A DNA stretch of 61,045 bases, the filler included, from Dugesia japonica (taxonomy: Eukaryota), in NCBI GenBank assembly GCA_001938525.1. It is 6 parts of 6 records of this genome, joined end to end, with 100 filler letters (N's around TTAATTAATTAA, not from the genome) between each part and the next. Parts side by side here need not be neighbours in the genome. Positions count along the whole stretch, not along the records: positions 9,354 to 19,689 come from MQRL01630963.1; positions 19,790 to 32,428 come from MQRL01639170.1; 4 more parts are not named here. One strand, 5' to 3'. Positions 13,460 to 26,989 of the stretch are shown in pieces (positions within the stretch are counted from its first letter, which is position 1; every line of letters begins with the position of its first letter). The position numbers and the translations under genes are program-made. Under the pieces are notes generated by a model. It had not been told where the DNA came from and did not search any database. It saw only the letters and a program-made list of their open reading frames with translations.

Positions 13460-16155
13460 ATATAGTAAAATATACTATAAATATAGATTCAGTTTGGCAG
13501 GAAATTGCAGATTTGCCAAAGATATATGTTAAAACCATATGTGTTGATAAATGAAGTTTATTCAGTTTAATCGGATTCAAGTAAAGTAATTATTATTTAT
13601 TCGAACGAATTAATTAAGAAAGACGCACCTGATCTGAATAAAGTCGAATTTGAAAAACAAATNATTGATTAAAGAGTTCAAGTGTCGTGTTTACCCCGAC
13701 ATAATTTATTTGAATAAACAAATAATAATGATAAAGAAGATTGTCATAATATTATGGAAAAATATTATGGCATTTTTTATGAGAAAAAGTAATATTTATG
13801 CCCGACATATAGATCTGTAGAAATAGATTGAAATGAAAACTTTTATAGAAAACATAAAAACCATATAGGACAGTTTAAAGTTAATAAAAAATTTAATAAA
13901 ATCTATTATAAAGTGATATAAAGATTTTACAATTGCAATTATTGCGAGAATAATTGTTGGACTTAACCATTGATCGTTTTATAGAATTCATTTAATATAA
14001 AATCTTTGATCAAAATTTAGGTTTTAATTATAAAACCTAATAATTAAAACCTTAATAATTAAAACCTAAATTTTGATCAAAGCTTTTATATTAAATGAAT
14101 GATATAAAGATGTCCAGTAACAAACCAAAGGAAAAATGATTCCATGGATTATGAAGAAATAAATAATGCAGCAACAGAACCTGAGATAAATGATTAAAAC
14201 AATTTTCAAGTAGTAGACAAAATGTATTAAGTCGATCTTAAAATGGAGAATTTAAAGATAAAGATGAAAATATGTTATCCCTTATTAATAATATAGTAAA
14301 TAAAATGGATATTACAAAACTTTATTGATGAAGAGTAAATAATGTTAAATAGTAATATAATGAATGAAATGGATGAAGTTGACGATATATTACAAATTTT
14401 TATGGATAAAGATGAAAAAATGCTTGTCTCTAAATGATGATGTAGTGATTGAAAGGAATCTATATTGATTTAATCAGATACTGAAAATCGATATATCAAG
14501 ATGGAATACAACAGAAATTGTGTTACCAAATTCTTTGATTCAATAATTATTTAAAACAGTAGAGGAATCAAAAATGTTTAAGTATGTTCTGAAAAGCGGA
14601 TTGAAAATTTTTGTTTTGATAGAAAATCTTTTTCGTAAAACTCTTAAATTAAAAGTTTGAATTTGATAAGAAATTAAATTATTAAAAATATGAATAAGAG
14701 ATTAAATTTTTAGAGAAAAATTAAGAAATAGTTTAAGGATTAGTTTAAATATTTCTTTTAGACTTTTTTAAAACGACTATTTATTGTAAAATGTCAAAAA
14801 TATTTTAGGTGAGAAATTTAATAAGAAAAAAAGTATTTTATTTAAAATTTTAATAAATTAAAAAACATTTCTAAATTAACATATAGTTCTAATTGTAATA
14901 GTTGAGAAAATAAAACATAAAAATTGAAATTCCAAAAGCTCCAAATAAGTTAAAACATATCAATTGTAAATTTAAATGTATATAATACTGTAAATTAAAT
15001 GATAAAAATACATAATCAATATGAATAATGAAACAAACAATTGATTCATGATAATAGGGGTGTATTGTTGAAAAAGAGTGTATCTAAAAGAAAAGCATAG
15101 TTTGATAATAAGTATAAATATATAATTTAAAAATAAAGTCTAAACACCAGAAATCATCATAAATAATACGAAATTATTTTTGTAGATGAGGTGATTTTTT
15201 TAATTTATAAAAACTTATTATAAAAACTTTGAATAATTAAATTTAGATGAAATAATTAATTTNNNNNNNNNNNNNNNNNNNNNNNNNNNNNNNNNNNNNN
15301 NNNNNNNNNNNNNNNNNNNNNNNNNNNNNNNNNNNNNNNNNNNNNNNNNNNNNNNNNNNNNNNNNNNNNNNNNNNNNNNNNNNNNNNNNNNNNNNNNNNN
15401 NNNNNNNNNNNNNNNNNNNNNNNNNNNNNNNNNNNNNNNNNNNNNNNNNNNNNNNNNNNNNNNNNNNNNNNNNNNNNNNNNNNNNNNNNNNNNNNNNNNN
15501 NNNNNNNNNNNNNNNNNNNNNNNNNNNNNNNNNNNNNNNNNNNNNNNNNNNNNNNNNNNNNNNNNNNNNNNNNNNNNNNNNNNNNNNNNNNNNNNNNNNN
15601 NNNNNNNNNNNNNNNNNNNNNNNNNNNNNNNNNNNNNNNNNNNNNNNNNNNNNNNNNNNNNNNNNNNNNNNNNNNNNNNNNNNNNNNNNNNNNNNNNNNN
15701 NNNNNNNNNNNNNNNNNNNNNNNNNNNNNNNNNNNNNNNNNNNNNNNNNNNNNNNNNNNNNNNNNNNNNNNNNNNNNNNNNNNNNNNNNNNNNNNNNNNN
15801 NTTTGTAAAAGTCAATATTGAGTATGCAAGTATTTTATTTTTGTTGTAATATTTTTTGTGTGAATTTTGAAAAGTTAATATGTACGTGTGCGTAAAATAT
15901 ACAATAAATATAGATTCATTTTGGCAGGAAATTGCAGATTTGCCGAAGATATATGTTAAAACCATATGTGTTGATAAATGAAGTTTATTCAGTTTAATNG
16001 GATTCAAGTAAAGTAATTATTATTTATTCGAACGAATTAATTAAGAAAGACGCACCTGATCTGAATAAAGTCGAATTTGAAAAACAAATAATTGATTAAA
16101 GAGTTCAAGTGTCGTGTTTACCCCGACATAATTTATTTGAATAAACAAATAATGA
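13460..16155 (+). repeat. ~270-bp near-identical direct repeat (13460-13730 and 15893-16155)
   Basis: Both copies give the same spurious ORF MNPIKLNKLHLSTHMVL. The second copy abuts a gap, so the duplication may be partly an assembly effect. Confidence 0.7.
13927..14102. mobile_element. Penelope-family terminal fragment with inverted junction
   Basis: tttacaattgcaattattgcgagaataattgttggac.. is shared with 24545, 54007 and 59215-59315(rc). 46-bp inverted arms lie at ~13987-14032 and ~14055-14100. Confidence 0.7.
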
Positions 16156-17346
16156 TGGTTAATTTTGTTTTGTGAATAAATTTTTAATGAAACCAAGTAG
16201 TGAATTCAATTCTTTGATGGTTACTTGAACCTCATCCAACAATGTTAACATCCAATTTTGCATTATTGTGGAAACTTTTAAAGATGAAGAAACAAAAACT
16301 TTCAGATTATCCAACCATTTTATCCATTTAAGCGATACCTTTATTAGAAGAAGGAATAGAACTAATAACGAGAAAATTGTTAAACAAAATTGGTTTGAGT
16401 TGGATATTAGAAATAAATTCAAAAATTACCAAAGTATCAGGCATTAGCAGACTTTCCAGTAAAAGCTATATTCCAACGTCTAGCAACCTTTATAATGTTG
16501 GGGTGAAACACCCGTTTCGTAAAGAAAATCAATTTTAGAAAAGATAGAATCGGCATACTTTCTTAACTTTTCATCACTAGAAAGGTTACAAATCGTTATT
16601 TTTATTTACAAATCGTTAACGAAATATAAAGAGGGCAATTCATTGTTTGGAGAAAAATCCATCAGTGCAATCAGAAGATATCATCCTCAACTAATTTGGA
16701 TTCCGCCAGCTTAACTAATTAGGAAAAGAAGAAAATTACAAATCCTCGTTGCAGTAACCCGAATCTCATTACAAAAGTAAAATTTTTAGTTTTATTTTAA
16801 AAATGTGTATTCATAAAATATTTATGCAATAATAAAATTATGAATTATTCTCAATTACCTTATGATCGAATTTTTATGATTTTAAACATAAATAAGAAAA
16901 GATAAATTTATACAATTAATATATTTTCATCTTTAGTAAAAAGAATTCACAGATTACCATGCCAAGTTATCATAAATCCACTACTCAGAAATGCTGTCTG
17001 TCAATGACTCTATCTTCTGCTGAGAAATAATTCCATCGATTAAACGCCTGCCATGAGTTTCCGATCAGTATGCATCAACTGGTAAAATTACAGAACAGCC
17101 ATCGCCGTTAATTTTGAAAACGAGATAATTGTTTGATGTTACAATTACACACATTCTTTGTAAATCCATATTGAGTATTTGAGTTTGAGTAATATTAGGC
17201 ACACGTGGCTTTATCTCTTAAAGTAGGTGTGTGAACCCATCACTCAACACATTTAGTATCGACCGATAGAAGAATTCGTCCCACACTGACTAGAAATTTT
17301 CTTTGAATAAAAATGTTGTGGAATAGATATAACTGATGTTCGTGTC

Positions 17347-17770
17347 TAATGTCCAAACAACACCAAATTTGTCGTAGCTAAAATGACTAACGGATAATGA
17401 TATTACATCAGTACTTGGTCCTTTATACTAGGCTGGGGTTCTCGTAGATCTAGCAAATTTACCAGCAAAAGAAATGTATGGTGATAGGAAATGGAACGCC
17501 GATGAGCGTGTGGCCTATTATGACTGGAATGGCTCCGATCGAACTCGGGCAGTCTACCACGTCGTCTCCACCACTCAATTAGATATGGAGAGCCACAGGC
17601 CGTCCAGGTGTGGCAAGAAGGTCCTTCTATCATTAATCTATCTACTGAACTCTTACCTCCTTTCCCTGAGCTGAGTGCTTTTGTCCTGCATAATTTGTGG
17701 AACATCCGTAACTAGGGTAAAGGCGGTAATTCCGAGAACTTTGATCCCACCCCCACCAATGAGACTTCAT
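17347..17770 (+). pseudogene. LTR-encoded ORF A, decayed copy
   Basis: AGVLVDLANL..DRKWNADERVAYYDWNGSDRTRAVYH..WQEGPSI..LWNIRN*GKGGNSENFDPTP aligns with the intact ORF at 49623-50027. Confidence 0.75.
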
Positions 17771-17937
17771 TATAAATAATTGTTTTTAATTGATGGTTAA
17801 TAAAATTATTCTCACTCTATCTTTACGTTACTGTTGATTTCTATAAACCATTGTAAGGAATAATAATCTTTTAACTATACAATTTGTTGTTTGAATTTTT
17901 AATTTTCCATTTTAAATTGACATCCTCATCTTTGTAG

Positions 17938-18341
17938 TGCATTCATCTCTAAACCGATCTTCAGCACCTACTAAAAAGGTAAGGGAATCAAGCGAAGACC
18001 AGGAAATGACCTGGGACTTATATCGCCTCGCGAAACGCCACTAGGAGGCAGATTTTGCAAACGCTGAAAGCAAAGTGAAACGCTATAAGGCTAAGTTCAT
18101 TGCCTTTCGGAAAGAAACAGAGGCCTCTCACGCTCAGGAGAGACCCTGGAAGGCCCAGTTAAAATCGTTTGCAGAAATCATTCGGTCCCTCCATGACCAT
18201 GAGAATAAACTGATTTCAGACATTTTAGCTCTAAAGAAGGCCATGTCGCTTGAGCCGTTGATAATTGATAAAAATACAAACATCGCGGCCATAATCTTGT
18301 CGGTTGTTTTCACTTGTAAATATAAGTTTCCTTGTTTGTAG
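17938..18341 (+). pseudogene. LTR-encoded ORF/exon B (coiled-coil-like), one in-frame stop
   Basis: After tttgtAG: HSSLNRSSAPTKKVRESSEDQEMTWDLYRLAKRH*EAD...EASHAQER; homologous to 49039-49397. Confidence 0.8.
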
Positions 18342-18442
18342 ATTGATTTGTTTTTTTTTATTTACTTGATACTTATTTTTATTATTCAATTAAATTTAAT
18401 GCACTCAGTCTATCGTTAACCTAATAGTTACTATCTGTTTAG

Positions 18443-18799
18443 GGCCACGGATTCGGTTACCTACCAGCTTGCACCGGTATCATCGTCGTATCCTAAAATT
18501 GCTTCTTAAACGCCATATTAAACGGCAAACTGAAATAGCCTTGTTGCGACACCTGTTGCAAACGTTTAATCAAGAAGCTCGACCATATATTGAAAAAGCA
18601 GGGTGAGGTGGTTGAAAAGACTCAGCAGATACTACAGCATAAGATTGACTTCCTGCAACGTTATAAACCGGACTTATCTAGACACCTAGGGAATGAGTCG
18701 TGGATCCGTTGGAACGACAACGACGATGAAGCCGTCTTCGGTTTTTCAGATGAGGAGCCAACCAATTGGTTAGACCCGAGCGCTCTCGATTATATGTAA
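18443..18799 (+). pseudogene. LTR-encoded ORF/exon C, frameshifted
   Basis: After ctgtttAG: ..LLLKRHIKRQ..LQHKIDFLQRY..WNDNDDEAVFGF..WLDPSALDYM; homologous to the 42.3-42.9 kb and 48.5-48.9 kb copies. Confidence 0.8.
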
Positions 18800-19539
18800 A
18801 TAATTCATAATAAATGTTAAAATTAGTGAATTCTCAATTTCTTTAATAATTACAAAGAAGGGAAAATAATGAACCCAAACCATAGGTATACGAGTGAGTA
18901 CTACAAGCTAACGATGGTAGTCAACTGCTCTATACCGAAGATATAATAAGGGACATTAGATAAATTCTTGAATGGGTCTGATTTTTCCCCAGCCATAATT
19001 TTTCTAACACCAACTCAGGTTGGACCCCAACAATAAGAAAAAAGTAATAATCAATGCTAAGAACAAGGACAATTTATGTATTCTTGTCATTCTCAAAGAA
19101 ATTGAAATTGATAAAAATCATATGAATAATGTAAAAAATTATCCAGAATACATGTCAAAGTTAAATTTTGATAAAAGTGGCATTACAATAAAATTGGCGA
19201 ATACATTATAATTTGTGAAAACAAATCCTTTAGTGTCATTTTTTGAAATCATAATTCAATGATGAAAATGATACTGTTATGAAACATTCAAATCTAGACA
19301 TAATTCTAAAGTAGTTGGTGCTAGGAAAATTTATCTGTTACTATTAAAAAATACCAACAAATTTGGTTACACCACAGTAATAAATTTAAACTAATAAATC
19401 GAGATGTGAAAAAAGATAGTGGGCGAATTCGATCAACGTGGTGTTCTAATTATCTTAATGGATTCCGAGATAATATCGCTTATAATACACATGGACCAAT
19501 GTGATAAAATTCAGACGGGCATCACATAATAAACTATGC

Positions 19540-19690
19540 CAGGGTTCGGCAACCTATGGCACGCGTGCCAAAAGTGAGTCGCAAAGCAAATCTTTTAAAA
19601 GTTAATTAAAATTTATAATTTTTGCAAAACATTGTAATATTTGTAGAAAATATGATTTTTTTAATATTGAAATCGATATTAATTGTGTGN
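19540..19690 (+). mobile_element. hAT-superfamily transposon left end
   Basis: CAGGGTTCGGCAACCTATGGCACGCGTGCC is a typical hAT (Charlie/Buster-like) terminus; truncated by a gap. Confidence 0.6.
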
Positions 19691-19847
19691 NNNNNNNNNN
19701 NNNNNNNNNNNNNNNNNNNNNNNNNNNNNNNNNTTAATTAATTAANNNNNNNNNNNNNNNNNNNNNNNNNNNNNNNNNNNNNNNNNNNNATATAGATAAA
19801 TTTAGTGGAATATATTAATGGTATTATTGACGAGAATTTACATTAAG

Positions 19848-20154
19848 TGTCTAATCTGAAACCATCCAATTAAAGAAGAAGTGACTCGCACTTCACTAGA
19901 AGCTACAGGACAAAATCTCAGGGTTGTAACAGAGAAATATGTGGTTGCACAAAAGGAATACAAAAATGAATGAGCGTGATTTAGCCTTATCACANACCTG
20001 TCTTGCTATGGTATACATCATTAAGGAACACACTGACCAAGAAAGCGTGTTAATATCCACCGCCAGAACGTTGAGTCAATCAACTAAATCCAAGAAGGAT
20101 AAAAAAAGGAAGATGATTACGATATTGTCGATCTGGACGAATGATATATATTGA
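19848..20154 (+). pseudogene. small coiled-coil-like ORF/exon D, copy 1
   Basis: KISGL*QRNMWLHKRNTKMNERDLALS.TC..IIKEHT..TARTLSQ aligns with 45530-45832 on the minus strand; begins after AG|TG. Confidence 0.5.
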
Positions 20155-21109
20155 AAAAAATAAAATTTTCATAAAGAATTGTTGCTTATTGATAATCACA
20201 AACATAGATTGATAACGACAAATACTGCCAGGAAATTAAGAGCCAAATAAAATCGAAATTAAAAATTCAAGACGGAATACAGCATAGCTCCACTGAACTC
20301 GGAAATGNAGGATCGTGATATATTGTTAAGTGACTTTATTGGGATTTTTCAATAACCGAAAAGTTTACTTTGAAAAAATTAGAGTGCTTAAAGCGGGCTT
20401 GTGCTTGCATATTCTTGCATGGAATAATGAAATAAGACTTCGTTTTTATTTTGTTGGTTATCGAAACTGAAGTAATGATTAAAAGAGACTGGTGCTAAAG
20501 GTGAAGTTCTGAGACCANNNNNNNNNNNNNNNNNNNNNNNNNNNNNNNNNNNNNNNNNNNNNNNNNNNNNNNNNNNNNNNNNNNNNNNNNNNNNNNNNNN
20601 NNNNNNNNNNNNNNNNNNNNNNNNNNNNNTATGGGTTCCGGGAGAAGTATGGTTGCAAAGCTGAAAATGAAATGAATTGACATATTTCTGTGGGTACTAG
20701 GTATCATCCCCCAGACATAGATTTAAATCGGAAAGACAAAACATGAGTCAGAAGAGAAGTAACCAGATTAACATCAAAAGCCTAGTAACCCAACAAAATA
20801 AAATTTAAAAGTCTTAAGTGAAAAATAATTATCATTAATAAGAATTAAATATATGAGAATAAAACTAATAAATTGAAAGTATTTATTTAATTTTAAATAA
20901 ATTTCAAATTATTAATTTTTTAAAAAGAAATTTATTTGTAAGTATTAAAATTTTTTTAAAATAAATGAGATCAAAATTTTAGATTAAAATTCAAATATAA
21001 AAATAAAATTAACAAATTGAATTTAATGAAATTACCTTTTAATAAATTTTAAAATAATGAGATAAAATTTTTAAAATTAAGTTTTAATATAAAAAGTAAA
21101 ATTAATAAT

Positions 21110-22770
21110 AACTTTGAAACGCAACTTAAATAAATATTTTTATATAACATGTTTCGACAGAATTAATATCATCTACGGATACAATAATTTAATTCTTTTT
21201 TAAAATTCTTTATTGAAACAATATTTATTCTTTTTTTAAATTTTTTTAAAAAATGTTTATATATAAAAAATTTGCTTAATTATGCAATCTCTCCAATAAA
21301 TCAAATTAATTAAAAACATTAGAAAGATCAGTTTAAACATTAATTTTTGAATCAATTGATCTAATAATCAATTCTTCACACATAAGTCCACTCTCTCAAA
21401 TAATCTTTAAAGTTTTTGCACAAAATTTTAAAATTATTTTACTGATAACTGATTTACAATTAATATTATTATGTTCAACAATATTACTTCCACTACAAAC
21501 TGGACGATGTTCTTGAATAGAGAAAATAGTTATTGTAAACCAATTGTGGAGAAATTGAATCGTTACACAATTGATAAGATCGTTAATAAAAATAATAATG
21601 AAATGAAAGATGTGAACAATAATGATATTAATAATTAAATTGCGAAAATATTATTAAAGACCCAAATAAGATAGATAAGTTTAGTTACGTATTAACTATT
21701 CCGTATTCAGAAGGATTAAAACAATTTAAGAGGGAATCGTTATTAAAATATAGAAATGATTCTTTGAATTTTAAAATAGTTTCGCAATCCTATAAAATCA
21801 TATATGTGCTTAGTAATAAGTCTAAAAAACCAATTCAATTATGTTCTGATCTTGCTTGTAAATATGAATGTAATGTGTGTTATGCCACATACATTGGAGA
21901 CACTTCTCGTCATCACTGTACCAGAATTCAAGAATATCGTCGAGATGATAGTGAAAGTAATATTGCTGAACAAAATATTAATTGTAAATCAGTTTTCAGT
22001 ATAAATAATTGTTAGATGAGTTTCATGTTCTCATCGGATCATTAATGTCAAATCTAAATTCCATAGAAAATTTTTTCACAAAACAAAACTATATCCATCA
22101 TTATTTGTTTATTCAAACAAATTAAAACTCCGTGCTCTAATTTTAGATTAAACTTACATTTTAAAATAATTCGAAAATTTTAAAAAAACAATTATTTGTT
22201 ATCAAAGTCTCATTTCAAATTCTCCTAAAATTTTAAATCAAACAATCATTCGTTATTAAAACATTATTTAAAATAACTTCCGAGATTTTAAAACAAAATT
22301 TTCATTTCAAAAAAGTTTACAATAAATTGTGTATAAACATATTTAAATTATTCTTTAACTATTCATAATTTTTAAACACAAAAAAATTAATTTAATTTAC
22401 TTTAATTTCTTAATTAATTTGCGACTTTCTATTTTATAAAAAATTATTTAAAAAAAATAATTTCCACCTAAAGCACTAAACTTTCAATTCGCTTTTCAAA
22501 GCATAATCACAATAATTATAAAATTTTGTGCAAAAACTTTAAAGATTATTGGAGAGAGTTATGTGTGAAGCATTGATGATTAGATCAATTGATCNAAAAA
22601 TTAACGTTAAAACTGGTCTTTCTAAATCTTTANTGAATGTTTTCAATTAATTTGATTTATTGGAGAGATTTTATAATTAATTACATATGAACTTTTTATA
22701 TAGAAGATATTCTGTCAAAACATGTTTTACAAAAATATATATTTAAATGGCGTTTCATAGTTTTTATTAA
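21110..22770. mobile_element. Penelope-like element: GIY-YIG remnant between inverted pLTR segments
   Basis: 21110-21440 and 22510-22770 are inverted copies. ORF 21764-22015 CKYECNVCYATYIGDTSRHHCTRIQEY is the Penelope GIY-YIG endonuclease motif. Confidence 0.85.
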
Positions 22771-23179
22771 AAAGTTGCCATTTTTCTTCGATTATTTAAA
22801 ATTAATAATATTAAAGTAATAAAATTAATTTTAAATAAAGTTAAAAAAATGTTTAACAACTAATTAAATTAGTAATAGAATAAATTTAAAGATATTTAAA
22901 AATAAATGAGATAAAGCTCGTTCGTGCAGAACAATTAACTATATATTCTAAAATTATTATCTAAAATTAACCTAGATTCTAAAATTTAGATAGCAGTTAA
23001 TTATTTTTAATTATTTTTAATCTAATTTCCAATAATTTAAAATTTTTTTATTGTTACAAAATGTATTTTCATGCCTCAAAAGTTTTTTTAAAAAAGCTTA
23101 AGATCTGCTTGGAAGTGGTCCACAATTGGCTTTGCGGACACCCATGGTGTAAGTAGTAACCTAAATAACATGAAATATA

Positions 23180-24523
23180 CTATTTGCCAGTCATATTAAA
23201 CATTTCGTAAACCAAATTAAACATTTTATCAACTATAACAGTATGGTTTTTTCTAATCCAACACACAAACTTTCAGTTAAGTTTGTCGAGTTTTAATAAG
23301 ATATGTGTAGATTTTAAAAATCACTGTTTGAATGTTTATGATCAAATTTTCCCGCGCTTTTTAAATGAGTTTATTTGGTCCTTATGGAATGATCAGATCA
23401 ATGAAACAGTAACAACGACACTAAAAATTATTAAAGAATATCTAATGGAAACCGATATAGGTTGATCAGGTTGGTTAAGAAAGAAGGTAAAACTATTGCA
23501 AAGGCTGCTGAAATATTGCAAATTAATCATAGCTTGGCTCGAGTTATAACCAGTAAATTAAAAGAAATTGATATGATTAATTTGCACAAAACTGATGGGA
23601 GCAGAAGAACAGTGCGAAATGACAGTGTTAAATTGCAGATCAAAGCAGCAGTATCTGCTAATCCAGAAATTACTCTCAAAGAAATTCAATTATATTTTAG
23701 ACACGTTTTTGGAGAGAACTACAATATTTCACATTCAACAATAAATTGGTGTCCTGCGGATCTTCAAATTACAATGAAGCAATCACACCGTGAGCTTGAT
23801 CGTCTAAACTCAGAAGATGAAACCCAGCAAAGGCGGGAATATGCTCTCTAGTTTAACACATATTTTCAAAATGACTTTTCAAATGCTATCTTTGAAGATA
23901 AGTCTTCATTCAATCGTCATTTAAAAAAAATCAAAATTGCGATCAAAAGTTGAAACGTGTGCTATTGTAACTATACCAATTGTAAGGGAAAGTCCGTTAC
24001 TTTACTTGTAAGCTTATAAATTAACAGTTTTGTCTATTGTAAAACAATTTCTAATTCAACAGTAAATGCTTCAGTTTTTCTCAGTACCTTTAACAAATTA
24101 TGTGTATATCTAAGAGATGAACTTCATATGAAAAATTCTTGTTTAATATTGGATAACGCACGCATTCATAGGAGAGATTATCTTGGAAAAATTTTATCCC
24201 AATTTAATTTTCAATTTAAATTTCTGTTGCCTTACTCATACATGCTCAATTATATTGAAAATGCGTTTTCAAAAATAAAGATGGGTATAAAATCAAAGCT
24301 AAGATTAGGAGCAATTGGCATACTTTCGGAGTTGATGTCGGAAGAGGCTAGGAATGTTACTTCAATCGATAGTGTTGGTTATTTAAGATATATTCTTTGC
24401 AACATAACTAAATGCACAGATGGTCTTTCTTAGGTCATCAATAAATAGTGCATTTTTATTTAAGTTAAGTTCATTAAGTCAATATATAATTTTTTTGTAA
24501 TTTTTAATATGACTGGCAAAAAA
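23180..24523 (+). mobile_element. IS630/Tc1-like DNA transposon with disrupted transposase
   Basis: TIR core TTTGCCAGTCATATTAAA at both ends, TA-flanked. HTH ORF at 23462-23851; catalytic LILDNARIH..LPYSYMLNYIENAFSKIK at 24128-24433. Confidence 0.88.
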
Positions 24524-24544
24524 TATAAAATTTACTATATATAA

Positions 24545-25960
24545 TTTACAATTGCAATTATTGCGAGAATAATTGTTGGACATAAGCATTGATCGTTTTT
24601 CAGAATTTATTTAAAATAAAGCCTTGATCAAAATTTTTTCTTTTTCAAAATCACATTAAATCCTTAAGCGAATGTAAAAAAAGAGAATTAATACCTTTTG
24701 GTTTAAGAATTCAAAATAAACTTGAGAACACCTTTAATTGTCGCCAATCCGAAGATTTGTCTAAACGGAAAAGTTTTCAGTGGATGACTTTTCATCGGAA
24801 GAAACTTTATAGTGAAATCAATTTTCAGCTAAAAGATAAACCTCTATCTTTTCCTCTTAATAAATTTGATCAAGAAATGTTTAACAAAAGGAAATAAGCT
24901 CTCCCAATAAACCAAAGAAAATTAGTATTCTACTTAATGATAAATTCAAAATTGAAGACAAAATCAAAATAAATTCAAATCAAAGCTTTTGTACAACTGT
25001 TCTTACTTTCAAAAATCTTACTGAAAATACATTCACCGACAATCAAATAAATTTACTTAACAAAGATTCGATCTACATTCCAGCCAATTCAAATATTTAT
25101 GACTCGTCAAATATTGCAATGATTAAAGCTTCCATTTATAACTTAAAATGCCAAAATACAGCAAACGAAACATCTAATGATTCCTTAATTTTTTCATCAA
25201 AATAGAAGTATACACAAACATTCAAACGCACGATACCAACTTATAATTCTTCTATTATGGAAAAACATTGAGGACCTTCAATTTAAACTCTAATAAACAT
25301 AAAAGAACAGCAAGAATAACAATAAAAAGAGCAACGAAAATCAAATTATGAAAGAAATTAAAATTTTAAAATCAATTATCATTACATGAACAGATAAACA
25401 AAAAATTGATAGCTCTATCTGAACAAGCATTCAATGAATTTCTTTATGAACATTTAAATAATTATGAAATAATAGCTCATAAAAGACTACCAACTACAGA
25501 AGAAATTAAATTAAACAAACAATTAAATCAAATAGCAGAAAAATATGAAGACCCAATAAAATCTTTATTTTCAACAATTAAATGTCATGAACCAGTTCCA
25601 TCCTCGATGTACAGTGTTCCTAAAGATCACAAAGAAATAATAAAAAGAAGACCTATTGTAAACGGTAAAATTATATGCAATAAGAAAAATGTCACTTAAA
25701 AAATAATATGCATCATTTTTCAAGAAACATATATAGATGAAACATGCAGAACCATCCGAACAAAAATTAAGGAACACTTGAAACAAAAAGAAAGTAAAGC
25801 CTTCAAACACTTTCAACAAAACATAAAATTTCACCAGGACAACACCACATGGAAAACACTAGGAACAGGCTAAATTTTCATACTACATAGAAATTAACAT
25901 GAAAGATTACTAGTTAAAGAAGGCAATCTTAAAATAAATGTAATTTATAATAATTAAATA
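24545..25960 (+). mobile_element. Penelope-like retroelement, internally deleted (RT and GIY-YIG remnants)
   Basis: PSSMYSVPKDHK..RRPIVN matches the Penelope RT motif PxhYxhPKxHK..RPIV. YIDETCRTIRTKIKEHLKQKESKAFKH (~25730-25810) is GIY-YIG. The terminal sequence is shared with other copies. Confidence 0.85.
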
Positions 25961-26989
25961 ATTAAATTTAAATNNNNNNNNNNNNNNNNNNNNNNNNNNN
26001 NNNNNNNNNNNNNNNNNNNNNNNNNNNNNNNNNNNNNNNNNNNNNNNNNNNNNNNNNNNNNNNNNNNNNTGCTTACGATTGTGCCAGCATTTTTTCATGG
26101 TATTTTTTACTAAGATTTTTGGGATCAAAATTTTTTTTGATCCCGTGAGTGTTTGCATGGAATTTTTAATTTCTTTTGTGTGTTTCGGTTGCTAAAGGGG
26201 TTAATTTAAAGTAGGGAAAGTTGTTGTGGTGTGTGTGTGAGTGTGTGAAAGAATTGAAATGGACTCGAAGGAGTTCTGGAGATCTTGGAAATAACTTCTT
26301 TTGGAATTTTATGATATGGGTGTGCTAAAAATAAAATATTGACTATATTTTGCATAATGAATCTCTATATTTTGCATGTTATTTGGGAGTCTTTATATTA
26401 TACATTGGATCAGGTAGTCTTGATAATTTTTGTAAAAGATTGAGGCATTCTAAAATTTCAAGGCACGTTATTTTCAGTGTAAGTGTGTTGCATTCGTGTT
26501 GCATCTAAGTTGCATCTAAGTTGCATCTCTATTGCTTTCATTAATAAAAACATTAAGTTAGTCTTTATATTTTGTAGTATATGGGACAGTCTTAATATTT
26601 TTGCAATAGATTGGTTAGTATTGATTTTTTTGAACTCTATATATTTATGTATGATATTGAGCAGTCTTGATATTTTTGATATTATTGCAAGATATTGTAC
26701 AGTCTCTATATTTTGCAAAGATAATAGACAGTCTTTATATGTTCCAGCCGTTCTAAAATTTAAATAAAACTAACTAACTTGATAAAATATTCAAAGAGAG
26801 AAGTATTTGTGATTTTTATATGATAAAATCTTCAAATTAAAACTTTTCTTACAAAATGATAAAACAGAACTTTTTCTATGAACAAATCATATTAGCAAGG
26901 TAATTTCCTATAAAAATCATATTAGAAAGGACCTTTTCTTTTAAAAATCATAAATTCATGGAATCTTCCCATATATAACTTATAAGAAA

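Larger units (their letters stand above)
16496..19032 (+). mobile_element. 2537-bp solo LTR of the giant retroelement family
   Basis: Starts TGTTGGGGT and ends ACCCCAACA (9-bp terminal IR); 4-bp TSD ATAA at 16492-95 and 19033-36. The last ~170 bp are homologous to the LTR end next to the PBS at 41962. Confidence 0.9.
16200..19520 (+). pseudogene. Polinton polymerase N-terminal region, split by the solo LTR (parts ~16200-16495 and 19033-19520)
   Basis: Removing the LTR and one ATAA gives in-frame GLSWILEI..SKSYIPTSSNLYKKKVIINAKNKDNLC, matching the Polinton motif GSSYIxLPxxLxxKKAIINxxNxDNxC. It is followed by KIYLLLL..WCSNYLNGF..H..C. Confidence 0.8.

Noticed and set aside
1927-16007. ORFs made largely of X or AT-rich low-complexity residues (for example 1927-2214, 10532-10807, 15243-16007)
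   Set aside because: Artefacts of N runs and base composition.
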